From Clostridia bacterium (GTDB lineage Bacteria > Bacillota > Clostridia > Oscillospirales > CAG-272), in assembly GCA_017938205.1 (NCBI GenBank), contig JAGBCA010000014.1, positions 25,231 through 89,230 of the forward strand: 64,000 bases of DNA, given 5' to 3'. This document shows, one piece after another, positions 36,698-48,046 of this stretch. The notes beneath the pieces are model-generated. The model was not told the DNA's origin. It searched no databases and saw only the letters and a list, made by a program, of their open reading frames with translations. The position numbers were made by a program, and so were the translations under genes. Within the stretch, counting starts at the first letter, position 1; every line of letters starts with the position of its first letter.

Positions 36698-38119
36698 TTA
36701 TTTACTTTTCAGATAGTCATCAATGGCCTTTGCGGCTACCTTGCCTGCCCCCATTGCGGAGATAACGGTTGCCGCTCCGGTAACGGCATCGCCGCCCGCG
36801 TACACGCCATCCTTGGTGGTCTTCCCCGTTGCTTCCTCAACGATGATACCACCGTGACGGTTCACCTCGAGACCTGCGGTGGTTGCCTTGATCAAGGGGT
36901 TCGGGGAGGTACCGATGGACATGATCACGGTATCCACGTCCAGCACGAACTCACTGCCCTCCACGGCAATGGGACGGCGGCGACCGCGCTCATCCGGCTC
37001 GCCGAGCTCCATGCGGATGCACTTCATGCCGCTGACAAAGCCGTTTTTGGGATCTCTCTTATCCTCGGGATTCTCATAGCCGAGGATCTCTACGGGATTG
37101 CAGAGCAGACGGAACTCAATTCCCTCCTCCTCTGCGTGCTCAACCTCCTCGCGGCGCGCGGGAAGCTCATCCATTGAGCGGCGGTATACGATATACACCT
37201 TCTCCGCGCCGAGACGTAAAGCGGTTCTCGCGGCATCCATTGCCACGTTTCCGCCGCCCACAACGGCAACACGGCCGCCCTTCATAATGGGGGTGTTGGG
37301 ATCGTCGCGGTAAGCCTTCATAAGATTGCTTCTTGTAAGAAACTCGTTGGCAGAATACACACCCTTCAAGCTCTCGCCGGGGATGCCCATAAAGTTCGGC
37401 AGACCTGCGCCCGAGCCGATAAACACAGCCTCAAAGCCCATGCCGAAGAGCTCGTCCACGGTGAGGGTCTTGCCGATGATCATATTGGTCATGATCTCAA
37501 CACCCATGGCCTTAAGGTTATCGACCTCCTTCTGCACGATAGCCTTTGGCAGGCGAAACTCCGGAATGCCGTATACGAGAACGCCGCCTGCGGTATGCAA
37601 TGCCTCAAACACGGTGACCTCGTAGCCGAGAAGCGCAAGATCGGATGCACAGGTCAGACCCGAGGGGCCGGAGCCTACGATGGCAACCTTATGGCCGTTT
37701 TTCGGTGCGGTCTTCGGCACGTTGTCGGAATGGGCATTATGATAATCCGCTACGAATCGCTCAAGACGGCCGATGCCAACGGGCTCACCCTTGATACCGC
37801 GCACGCACTTCGCCTCGCACTGCGTTTCCTGCGGGCAAACACGGCCGCATACGGCGGGAAGCCCCGAGGTTTTATGTATGATCTCATACGCACCCTCAAA
37901 ATCCCCTTCCTTGATCCTCTCGATGAAGGCAGGGATATGAATGTTTACGGGACAGCCCGCAACGCAGGGCATATTCTTGCAGTTCAGGCAACGGAGTGCC
38001 TCGTCGATCGCCATTTCCTCGGTATAACCCAAGGCGACCTCGTCAAAATTTCTTGCACGCACCAAAGGCTCCTGGGTTGGCATGGGATTCTTTTTCAGAC
38101 TCATATTCGGCTTTGCCAT
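36698..38119 (-). CDS. nfnB: NfnB/GltA-type flavoprotein subunit of electron-bifurcating transhydrogenase (often annotated NADPH-dependent glutamate synthase)
   Basis: RCLNCKNMPCVAGCP, CGRVCPQETQCE, GSGPSG, YGIPEFRLPK, GGGNVAMD, GGDAVTG; adjacent to nfnA. Confidence 0.85.
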   Translation of the reverse strand: MAKPNMSLKKNPMPTQEPLVRARNFDEVALGYTEEMAIDEALRCLNCKNMPCVAGCPVNIHIPAFIERIKEGDFEGAYEIIHKTSGLPAVCGRVCPQETQCEAKCVRGIKGEPVGIGRLERFVADYHNAHSDNVPKTAPKNGHKVAIVGSGPSGLTCASDLALLGYEVTVFEALHTAGGVLVYGIPEFRLPKAIVQKEVDNLKAMGVEIMTNMIIGKTLTVDELFGMGFEAVFIGSGAGLPNFMGIPGESLKGVYSANEFLTRSNLMKAYRDDPNTPIMKGGRVAVVGGGNVAMDAARTALRLGAEKVYIVYRRSMDELPARREEVEHAEEEGIEFRLLCNPVEILGYENPEDKRDPKNGFVSGMKCIRMELGEPDERGRRRPIAVEGSEFVLDVDTVIMSIGTSPNPLIKATTAGLEVNRHGGIIVEEATGKTTKDGVYAGGDAVTGAATVISAMGAGKVAAKAIDDYLKSK

Positions 38120-38120
38120 T

Positions 38121-38981
38121 TCATTTTACCTCCTTTTTAAAGAGGTTGCAGGCCTCCTCATATTTATGGTGCTCAAAATCGCGGTACATTGCGCCGCGTG
38201 ACATTGCTTCGTCAAAATCCACCTCGTAGCCGTTGAAATCCGGGCCGTCTACGCAGGCAAATTTGGTAACTCTCTTTCCGTCCTGCACGAGCGTGAGGCG
38301 GCAGCCGCCGCACATCCCCGTTCCGTCAATCATGATCGGGTTCATGGAAACGGTGCAGGGAATGCCGTAGGGCTTGGTTGCAAGAGTCACGAACTTCATC
38401 ATGATCAGGGGGCCGATCGTGATCACACGGTCAAAGGTCTGCCCTGCGCTGAGCATTTCATTGATCGGAACACATACGTTGCCCTGCCTGCCATACGATC
38501 CGTCATCCGTCATAACAAAGAGCTCCTTGGATGCGGCACGGAACTCATCCTCAAGGATCAAAAGATCCTTATTTCTGAAGCCGATCACAGAGGTCACCTC
38601 TGCGCCCTGCGCCGCCAAAGCCTCGGCAATGGGAAGTGCGATCGCGCAACCGACACCGCCGCCCACGATCAGAACCTTGGAGAGCCCCTCAAGCTCGGTG
38701 GGAACACCGAGAGGGCCTGCAAAATCTGTAATGAACTCCCCCTGCTCCTTCGCGTTCAGCGCCATTGTGGTTGCACCAACGATCTGAAAAATGATCTTCA
38801 CGGTGCCGCGCTCTCTATCGTAGCCTGCCACGGTCAAGGGAATTCTCTCCCCTTCCTCATCCACGCGCAGAATGATAAACTGCCCCGGCTGTGCCTTAGC
38901 GGCAACGAAGGGCGCTTCTATTTCCATCAGAGTGACGGTTGGATTCAAAACTTTTTTGGTTACAATGCGATACATAGCCAT
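38121..38981 (-). CDS. nfnA: NfnA-type FAD/NAD-binding 2Fe-2S subunit
   Basis: PGQFIILR, ERIPLT, GGGVG, TDDGSYG, DGTGMCGGCR, CVDGPDF. Confidence 0.88.
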   Translation of the reverse strand: MAMYRIVTKKVLNPTVTLMEIEAPFVAAKAQPGQFIILRVDEEGERIPLTVAGYDRERGTVKIIFQIVGATTMALNAKEQGEFITDFAGPLGVPTELEGLSKVLIVGGGVGCAIALPIAEALAAQGAEVTSVIGFRNKDLLILEDEFRAASKELFVMTDDGSYGRQGNVCVPINEMLSAGQTFDRVITIGPLIMMKFVTLATKPYGIPCTVSMNPIMIDGTGMCGGCRLTLVQDGKRVTKFACVDGPDFNGYEVDFDEAMSRGAMYRDFEHHKYEEACNLFKKEVK

Positions 38982-39197
38982 TGTCCTCTTTTTAAATATT
39001 TTATCATCTTTATATTATATATGGATTTATCAAAAAAAGCAAGTCCTTGCTTAAAATATTTATAGCAAAAAAATACTTGCATCCGAAAAAAAGGCAGAAA
39101 ACAAGGGATGTAGCCCCTGATCTTCTGCCCTTTATCGATCAAAAAGCGAAGCCGTTCCAAGCGGCTCTTCAGCACGCTTGCGGAGGCTTTGCGCTAT

Positions 39198-39704
39198 TTA
39201 TTCTATGATCAATGTCTCGCCGTTCTGCACGTAATTTGCCTCGGCGTGGGTTCCCCAGCGTGCGGTCAGCTTTACGGTCTTCGACGTGTTTATCTTGACG
39301 GAAAAGGTCATTTCCTGATCGCTCGTTTCGCTTCTTTGCAGGCAGTCCGAGTAATAATCTTGCTCCCCTACCCCGATCACGAGATAGCCGGATGCACTTT
39401 GCTTCGGAAGCGCAAGATGAACGGAATATTCTCCCTCTGCCAAAGAAAGCGTTACGGCCTCGGTGGCATCCACCGTTGCGATCGCATCTGCCTCTCCGCT
39501 CTTATACACAGAAACAGAGAGCATCGATGCATTTTCCGAGCCCTTTACGCTGTTATCCGTATGCATTCCGTCATAAAACCACGCATACGTATCCGTACCG
39601 AGAAGAACGGCACAAACGCAAATGCAAACGATCCCGATCACAAGAAAATGCATAAGCGCTTTAAACGATATTCTGTTTTGACCCTTATAGCTCATTGCAT
39701 TCAC
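39198..39704 (-). CDS. Secreted protein with SipW-class signal peptide
   Basis: Basic N-region and hydrophobic stretch followed by TYAWFYD (TxAwFxD); lies downstream of the sipW-like gene. Confidence 0.65.
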   Translation of the reverse strand: MNAMSYKGQNRISFKALMHFLVIGIVCICVCAVLLGTDTYAWFYDGMHTDNSVKGSENASMLSVSVYKSGEADAIATVDATEAVTLSLAEGEYSVHLALPKQSASGYLVIGVGEQDYYSDCLQRSETSDQEMTFSVKINTSKTVKLTARWGTHAEANYVQNGETLIIE

Positions 39705-39775
39705 GTCTCCTTTTTTAATTTCTATATTTTCGCTTTTCTGCGTGTTTCATTCTTCCGCCGCAAGGGATGAAAATA

Positions 39776-40405
39776 TCAAAGCCCCTCATCCTCAAGCTTT
39801 TTATATCTGTAATAATACCAAACAATGCACAAAGCATAATAAAAGACCATGATCAAAAACGGAATGAGAATACACTTTACGTAACCGTCCGGCGATTTCA
39901 AAAACGCAAAGAAGTTTCCTGCCTCGGGAACCTTGCCCACATATTCTCCTATAACGCGGTCGGATGTGACCTCTGCCTTATCGTTCTTTCCCGTATTCGT
40001 ACCGAAGGTAACATAGCCGGTCACGTTGCCGTCCGCATCCTTTTTCACCTCACGGATCATATGCGTGACGTTTTTCATATAGCTTTCGCTATTCGTGGAA
40101 ACAAAGGCGATGATATCCCCCTCCGAAAAGCTCTCTTTTTCTGCCGCCTTACGGATAATGACGATATCGCCCGCGTTGAAATGAACGTCCATGTCCTTAT
40201 TATTTTCGGACTCGCTCATCGAATCGCTCTGCACGATGAAAAATTTAAGGCCGAATACGCTACGATCGTTTCTATCCAGGGAGGTGACCGTAACGATGGT
40301 GAAGATCGTTATACAAACGGGCAAAAGAAACAGAATAAATTTCAAAAGTGAGATCAGCGGTCTGAAGGTTTTTCTTATTTCTTCCAGGATGTCTTCGAAA
40401 TACAT
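39776..40405 (-). CDS. sipW: Signal peptidase I, SipW/archaeal-ER type
   Basis: IVQSDSM (Ser), GDIVII, VTH (His), VIGEYVGKVP, N- and C-terminal TM helices. Confidence 0.7.
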   Translation of the reverse strand: MYFEDILEEIRKTFRPLISLLKFILFLLPVCITIFTIVTVTSLDRNDRSVFGLKFFIVQSDSMSESENNKDMDVHFNAGDIVIIRKAAEKESFSEGDIIAFVSTNSESYMKNVTHMIREVKKDADGNVTGYVTFGTNTGKNDKAEVTSDRVIGEYVGKVPEAGNFFAFLKSPDGYVKCILIPFLIMVFYYALCIVWYYYRYKKLEDEGL

Positions 40406-40556
40406 ACTCGCTCCTTTCTGATTTTTTCGTTTCATGAGCGTGCCGCCTGACGATCGCGGCAAAGCAAGGCAAAAAAATGCTTAACAGATATATTATAGCA
40501 TAAATTTATAGTCTTTGCAATAGATTTTTTTAAAAAAATCGTCGAACGCGGAAGGA

Positions 40557-42619
<2,063 letters not shown>

Positions 42620-42621
42620 TT

Positions 42622-42658
42622 AAAAACCGAGAGATCCCTAAAAATCTCTCGGCTTTTT
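42622..42658 (-). terminator. Intrinsic terminator of the cotJ operon
   Basis: AAAAACCGAGAGAT...ATCTCTCGGCTTTT. Confidence 0.65.
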
Positions 42659-42674
42659 CTGCTATTTTCCGATC

Positions 42675-43289
42675 TTATTTACGTGCGCCCTTGTTCACAC
42701 GGTATTCGGGGTTAAAGGCGTAGTAGTTTTTCTGGTTGAGGCTTTCCTGCGTGCGGCGAAGGGCTTCGCCAAAGCGCTGAAAATGCACCACCTCGCGCTG
42801 ACGGAGGAAGCGGATGACGTCGTTGACGTCGGGATCATCCGAAAGGCGAAGAATGTTGTCGTAGGTCACGCGGGCCTTCTGCTCTGCGGCAAGATCCTCC
42901 ATAAGATCCGCAACGGCATCGCCCTTACTCTGCATAGAGGCGGCGGTATAGGGCATACCGGCGGCGGCGGTGGGATAGATGCCGAGGGTGTGATCCACAA
43001 AATATTTGTCAAAGCCGCCCGCCTTGATCTCGGCAGGGGTGAGCCCCTTTGTGAGCTGATAGAGAATGGCGGCAACCATTTCCTGGTGGCCAAGCTCCTC
43101 GCTTCCGATGTCCGTCAGCACACCGATGGCCTCGGCCGAGGGCATCGTGTAGCGCTGATTGAGGTAGCGGAGGGCGGCACCGGTTTCCCCATCCGGCCCG
43201 CCGAGCTGGGAAATTATGACACCCGCAAGCTTCGGATTGGGGTTTTTGATTTTTACGGGGTACTGCAGCTTCTTTTCATATATCCACAT
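42675..43289 (-). CDS. cotJC: Spore coat Mn-catalase family protein CotJC
   Basis: MWIYEKKLQYPV, GGPDGE, EELGH, EDLAAEQKAR, REVVHFQRFGE. Confidence 0.93.
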   Translation of the reverse strand: MWIYEKKLQYPVKIKNPNPKLAGVIISQLGGPDGETGAALRYLNQRYTMPSAEAIGVLTDIGSEELGHQEMVAAILYQLTKGLTPAEIKAGGFDKYFVDHTLGIYPTAAAGMPYTAASMQSKGDAVADLMEDLAAEQKARVTYDNILRLSDDPDVNDVIRFLRQREVVHFQRFGEALRRTQESLNQKNYYAFNPEYRVNKGARK

Positions 43290-43302
43290 ATCGTTTTCCT
43301 CC

Positions 43303-43605
43303 CTACTCACGCGTGCCGCGGCAGTTCAGAGGTGCATCGGCATCGGGCACATCCCCTTCTCTTTGCCAGGGCCAAGGACCGTCGATCCAGTTCCAGCGGT
43401 TGCGGCTGACACCTGCCGTTGTGATCGGGCCGTAGTTTGCCTCGTATTCTTCCCTTGCGGCGATCAGGGCATCGAGCGTTTTGTGAAAATAGTCCAGCGC
43501 CTGCTTATTGTCCGGCGCGGCATCCAAAAAGAGCTCCAGCTCCGTTTTTACGAAGGAAAGCTCCTGAATTCTGTGCAAAAGTGCATCCTTATTCATCTTA
43601 TCCAT
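43303..43605 (-). CDS. cotJB: Spore coat protein CotJB
   Basis: ELELFLD, YEANYGPI, WNWIDGPWPWQ. Confidence 0.9.
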   Translation of the reverse strand: MDKMNKDALLHRIQELSFVKTELELFLDAAPDNKQALDYFHKTLDALIAAREEYEANYGPITTAGVSRNRWNWIDGPWPWQREGDVPDADAPLNCRGTRE

Positions 43606-43802
43606 CACACTTCCTCCAAGGGCTTATAAAGCTCTTCAAAAAGCGTGCCGTGCTTCAATGCATCGGCATCGGAATACAGCATACGAAAGGCCTGCTTCGG
43701 CGCATAGACCATAGCAAGCTGAACGCCCTCTGCAGGCATCCAATGCCCGGGGCAGCCGTCCTGCTCGGGATAGACGGGCATTCCGTTTGGTGTTTTATCC
43801 AT
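43605..43802 (-). CDS. cotJA: Spore coat associated protein CotJA
   Basis: LAMVYAPKQAF, ALKHGTLFEELYKP. Confidence 0.88.
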   Translation of the reverse strand: MDKTPNGMPVYPEQDGCPGHWMPAEGVQLAMVYAPKQAFRMLYSDADALKHGTLFEELYKPLEEV

Positions 43803-43850
43803 TTTTTCACTCTTCCTTTTTTCGTTCTGGCGGCGAAGGCCGCCATTAGC

Positions 43851-43858
43851 ATTGTATG
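43851..43858 (-). promoter_or_regulatory. Possible mother-cell sigma-E/sigma-K -10 element of cotJ
   Basis: Minus strand CATACAAT about 50 bp upstream of cotJA; cotJ is sigma-E dependent in Bacillus subtilis; the -35 is not clear. Confidence 0.4.
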
Positions 43859-43882
43859 CAAAAAAAGAAATAATGGCAAAAA

Positions 43883-44231
43883 AACAAAGGGCCGCAAATG
43901 GGTGATGTCCTTATCGGAGAAATAAGATAGGGGTATGGGCGCAGCCCGATGCATTTGTAAAACAAATGCGAAACTTGCAATAAAAACAGAAGAGAGAGTG
44001 CTTCGGAAGCAAAATTCCGTAAGACTCTCTCTTTTTCTGCTTTTCAGTTTAGAGTTATGAGTTATGAATTTGCTATCGCAAACGTTATGATATGATTGCC
44101 CTTGCAATCTTCCACTTGGCGAAGCCAACCATAACGATGCGGAGCATCCCATAACTCATAACTTGCCCGCATGGGCAATCATAGTTTAGCGTGATTGTCC
44201 ATTAAGGACATCACGCTAAGCAGCCCTTGTT
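43883..44231. repeat. MITE-like element with imperfect terminal inverted repeats and internal hairpins
   Basis: GTGATGTCCTTA (43902-43913) is inverted at 44203-44214 within about 40-bp degenerate IRs; internal 14-bp IR AGTTATGAGTTATG (44053)/CATAACTCATAACT (44150). Confidence 0.55.
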
Positions 44232-44236
44232 CTTAA

Positions 44237-44740
44237 TTATTTAGGGAAAACCCGCATCCGCTCAAAAAGCCTCGCGGCGATGATACCGACGATAAGGCCC
44301 GCCACGGCCTGTGCAAGATTGGCGGGAAGATTTATGGCGGCTGCGGCAACGCCGTACAGGATCCACTCAAACGCAAAATAACCGAGCATCATAACGGTTT
44401 CTGCAAGTACACCTCCGATCAGCTGTGACAGAATCGATTTTCCATCATTTTTCGGTATTTTTGTAAAAACAGCGGCGATCAAGGCCATCCCCCCTTTAAT
44501 CAAGAAGGTGGCAGGTGCGTAAATTACATAGCCGGCAAAAACGTCGGCAAGCGCCGATCCGAGCGCGGCGGCTAAAAAACCGTATCCGGGAGAAAGCAAC
44601 CAGCCCGAGGCGAGAACCATACCGTCTCCGAGATTTACGTACCCCTTCATCGGAGAAGGAATGCGTATCACCACCGTTGCAACGCAAACGAGTGCAGTCA
44701 TCAGTGCAGAGCTCACGAGCCTTTGAATTTTTGAATGCAT
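44237..44740 (-). CDS. ECF transporter S component (probably vitamin B6-related)
   Basis: GYVNLGD, GSALAD, YAPATFLIKG and several TM helices; divergent from a MocR/PdxR-like regulator. Confidence 0.8.
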   Translation of the reverse strand: MHSKIQRLVSSALMTALVCVATVVIRIPSPMKGYVNLGDGMVLASGWLLSPGYGFLAAALGSALADVFAGYVIYAPATFLIKGGMALIAAVFTKIPKNDGKSILSQLIGGVLAETVMMLGYFAFEWILYGVAAAAINLPANLAQAVAGLIVGIIAARLFERMRVFPK

Positions 44741-44834
44741 TTTTCCATTTCCCCCTTTACAAATTTACGGAAATAGTATATACTATATCTGAACATATAA
44801 CAATTACCAATTCGGGAGTTTTTTATATAACCAG

Positions 44835-45923
44835 ATGAAACACATGATCGAAAAGAAAAAGCGCCCCGCATATCTTTCGCTATACGACAAGATACGCGAG
44901 GACATCGTGAACGGAACGTATCTCTATAACGAAAAGCTTCCCTCCAAGAGAAGTCTGGCGGCAAATGCCGGTGTGAGCACCGTGACGGTGGAGCATGCGT
45001 ATGCGCTTCTTTGCGACGAGGGCTACGCCGAGGCAAGGGAACGAAGCGGATATATCGTGATCTTCCGAAAAAAAGACGGCTTTGCCGCTTCCGAAAGGAT
45101 CGAGCCGACGTATCACGCGGGCAGGGGGAGCGTACACACACAAGCGGATTTCCCTTTGACGGTTCTGAATAAGACGATGCGACGGGTTTTATGCGAGCAC
45201 GGAGATCTTTTGCTTGAAAAACCGGAAGCCAAGGGATGCATAGAGCTTCGCGAAGCGATCAAGCGGTATCTTGCGCGCAACCGAGGGATCACGGTGGAAA
45301 CCGATCAGATCGTGGTTGGTGCAGGTGCGGAATACCTTTACGGGCTTATCATTGCAATGCTCGGAAGAAGCCACACCTATGCAATTGAATCCCCGTCATA
45401 CAACAAGATCGAACAGGTGTATCGGGCATCCGAGGTTCGGCATGAAGCACTCCCTTTGACAAAGGAAGGAATTGACAGCCACGCGCTCTTCGAAAGCGCC
45501 TCTGACGTTCTCCACACAACACCCTATCGAAGCTATCCCAGCGGTGTGACCGCAACGGCATCCAAGCGACACGAATACGTGCGGTGGGCAAGTGAGGGCG
45601 ACCGCTATATCATTGAGGATGATTACGAATCCGAATTTTCCGTTTCCTCAAAGCCTGCGGAAACCCTTTTTGCGCTTTCGGATAAGGATAACGTGATCTA
45701 TCTGAACACCTTCACAAAAACGATCTCCCCCTCTCTGCGCATCGGCTATATGGTTCTCCCGCGTTGCTTGCTTGACACCTACGAGAAAAAGCTTGGCTTT
45801 TATTCCTGCACCGTTTCCACCTTTATGCAGCTCGTGCTCACGGAGCTGATCAACGGCGGAGATTTTGAGCGCCATATCAACCGCATCCGAAGAAAGATCC
45901 GAAAGAATTCTCCTTCAAAATAG
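44835..45923 (+). CDS. MocR/GabR-family PLP-dependent regulator (PdxR-like, short form)
   Basis: GntR HTH (KLPSKRSLA...TVEHAY..L..EGY), IIEDDYESEF, TFTKTISPSLRIGY. Confidence 0.88.
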   Translation: MKHMIEKKKRPAYLSLYDKIREDIVNGTYLYNEKLPSKRSLAANAGVSTVTVEHAYALLCDEGYAEARERSGYIVIFRKKDGFAASERIEPTYHAGRGSVHTQADFPLTVLNKTMRRVLCEHGDLLLEKPEAKGCIELREAIKRYLARNRGITVETDQIVVGAGAEYLYGLIIAMLGRSHTYAIESPSYNKIEQVYRASEVRHEALPLTKEGIDSHALFESASDVLHTTPYRSYPSGVTATASKRHEYVRWASEGDRYIIEDDYESEFSVSSKPAETLFALSDKDNVIYLNTFTKTISPSLRIGYMVLPRCLLDTYEKKLGFYSCTVSTFMQLVLTELINGGDFERHINRIRRKIRKNSPSK

Positions 45924-45940
45924 AATTACAAAAAACAACG

Positions 45941-45976
45941 AAAAAACGCATCCCGACGCGTGCAGGATGCGTTTTT
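45941..45976. terminator. Bidirectional intrinsic terminator
   Basis: AAAAAACGCATCC...GGATGCGTTTTT. Confidence 0.8.
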
Positions 45977-45992
45977 GTATATAATTATTTGC

Positions 45993-47858
45993 TTATTCGA
46001 ATTTCAAAGTCACGCTTTCACCGTTTTTCACAAATACCTTTTTGAAATCCTTTAAGGCGCGGCTTTCATACTGCAGCACCGAATAATAGGTATCAAAGGG
46101 ACCGTGATTTTCCACGGTAACGGTACGATCGTTTTCCCAATGCTCGCGGATATCCGAATAGGTGAGACCGTGGCCGAAGGGATAGACGGGCTTTCCTTCA
46201 AAGAAGCGATAGGTGCGGTTTTTCATACCGTAATCACGGAAGTCCGGAAGATCGCTATCCGAGGCGTAGAAGGTGACGGGCAAGCGCGCAGAGGGCGAGC
46301 ATTCGCCAAAGAGAATATCCGCAAGCGCACGGCCGCCGAGCGCGCCGGGATAGAAGCATTGCAAAACGGCGTTGCAGGCTTTATCCTGCTCCCCGAGGGC
46401 AAGACAGCTGCCCGAGACGTTGACGAAGATCATGGGCTTTCCAAGTGCGGCGAGCTTTTTGAAGAGACGGCGCTGAACGGCAGGGATCTCGATGGAGCGT
46501 TTATCGCCGCCCTCGGTGCCGTAATCACCGTCCACCTCCTCGCCCTCCATCGCGGGAGAGATGCCCATACAAAGCACGAGCACATCTGCGCGCTCTGCGA
46601 CCGTCAGCGCTTCGCTTTCGGTGCGCTCCTCATAGGGGCGCGGCTCTGCCACGTATTCCGAGCCCTTGGCATAGAGTACGCTTTTACATTTTTCCTTGAT
46701 GCCGCGCAGAAGCGTTACCGTTTCGGAGGCACGGCCGCAGTAATTGCCGTAGAGCGGCGCTTCATCGGCGGCCGACGGGCCGATCACGGCGATCTTTTTA
46801 TCCGCAGAGAGCGGCAGAATGCCGTCGTTTTTCAAAAGCACGATGCTTTCTCTTGCCATTTGCAGGTTGAGATCTCTGTGCTTATCGCAGTCTACGACCT
46901 CATAGGGGATCTTATCGTATTCGCAATCATCCGCGAACATACCGAGGCGGAAGCGTGCGGTGAAGAGGCGGATCACGGCCGCATCGATCTCCGCTTCGCT
47001 GATCAGGCCTGCGGCATAGGCCTTCGGAAGCTCGCGGTAAGCGTCACCGATACAGAGATCACAGCCGGACTTTGCGGCAAGCGCGGCACTCTCCTCGGCG
47101 GTTTTGGTTACCTTATGATATTTATTTAAATATTCCACACCGTTGGCATCCGACTCCACGTATCCCGTAAAGCCGAAGCGATCGCGCAGAATGTCCGAAA
47201 GAAGCTCCTTGCTTGCAACGCAGGGGCTTCCGTTTACGGCGTTATAGGCGCACATGACGGCAGAAGGGTCTGCGTTTTTAATACAGTATTCAAAGGCGTA
47301 AAGATACGTGCCGAACAGCTCCTCCCCCTCCGCATTCACATTGAAGCCGCGGCGATCTGCTTCGGGACCGGAATGAACGGCAAAATGCTTCAGGGTTGCA
47401 TCGGTTTTACGGTATTTCCCATCTCCCTGCAGACCCTTGACGTATTCGGCGGCCATCATACCCGTCAGAACGGGATCCTCACCGTAGGTCTCCTGCCCTC
47501 TTCCCCATCTCGGATCGCGGAAGAGATTGATGTTCGGGCTGCACATCGTGATGCCCTGATAGATCTCGGTGTAGCCCTGCTTTTTGTTTTCGTTGTATTT
47601 TGCTCGGATCTCGTCCGAGATCGCGGTGGCGACCTCGCGCATTCTTTCCTTATGGAAGCTTGCGGCAAGCCCGATCGACTGCGGAAAGACCGTTGCCGTT
47701 CCGTTACGCGCCGCGCCGTGCAGGCACTCGCTCCACCAATTGTATGCCGGAATACCGAGCCGCTCGATCGCGGGGGCATCGTAATTCATCTGCGAGAGCT
47801 TTTCTTCCACCGTCATTTTGGTGACGAGAGCCTCAGCCATTTTTTTGAAATCCTTCAT
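45993..47858 (-). CDS. GH3 glycoside hydrolase (beta-xylosidase-like)
   Basis: WWSECLHG, RDPRWGRGQETYGEDP, KHFAVH, ESD nucleophile, SIVLLKN, YPFGHGLTY. Confidence 0.92.
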   Translation of the reverse strand: MKDFKKMAEALVTKMTVEEKLSQMNYDAPAIERLGIPAYNWWSECLHGAARNGTATVFPQSIGLAASFHKERMREVATAISDEIRAKYNENKKQGYTEIYQGITMCSPNINLFRDPRWGRGQETYGEDPVLTGMMAAEYVKGLQGDGKYRKTDATLKHFAVHSGPEADRRGFNVNAEGEELFGTYLYAFEYCIKNADPSAVMCAYNAVNGSPCVASKELLSDILRDRFGFTGYVESDANGVEYLNKYHKVTKTAEESAALAAKSGCDLCIGDAYRELPKAYAAGLISEAEIDAAVIRLFTARFRLGMFADDCEYDKIPYEVVDCDKHRDLNLQMARESIVLLKNDGILPLSADKKIAVIGPSAADEAPLYGNYCGRASETVTLLRGIKEKCKSVLYAKGSEYVAEPRPYEERTESEALTVAERADVLVLCMGISPAMEGEEVDGDYGTEGGDKRSIEIPAVQRRLFKKLAALGKPMIFVNVSGSCLALGEQDKACNAVLQCFYPGALGGRALADILFGECSPSARLPVTFYASDSDLPDFRDYGMKNRTYRFFEGKPVYPFGHGLTYSDIREHWENDRTVTVENHGPFDTYYSVLQYESRALKDFKKVFVKNGESVTLKFE

Positions 47859-47952
47859 TTATGCACCTCCGTTTTTTATTATTCTAACGCATATCGCAAA
47901 AAAGCAACAGTGCATTCCTTGATGCATATAGGACAATTATTGACATTTTGTA

Positions 47953-47981
47953 TTGACAGGTAGAAAATCCCGTGCTACAAT
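47953..47981 (+). promoter_or_regulatory. sigma-A promoter for the AraC gene
   Basis: TTGACA-17 bp-TACAAT with extended TG. Confidence 0.7.
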
Positions 47982-48046
47982 AAAAACGTAAATTCCTTTT
48001 CTTTTTTCGCGAAGGCATTTTCAAATATCGAATCGGGGAGGGACAC

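Noticed and set aside
36698-38119. True glutamate synthase small subunit
   Set aside because: No gltB is adjacent; pairing with the NfnA-type gene indicates the known NfnAB transhydrogenase, which is not novel.
43655-44152. 165-aa minus-strand ORF over the repeat element
   Set aside because: It overlaps cotJA out of frame and translates the heptamer repeats (ITHNSKL); most likely spurious.
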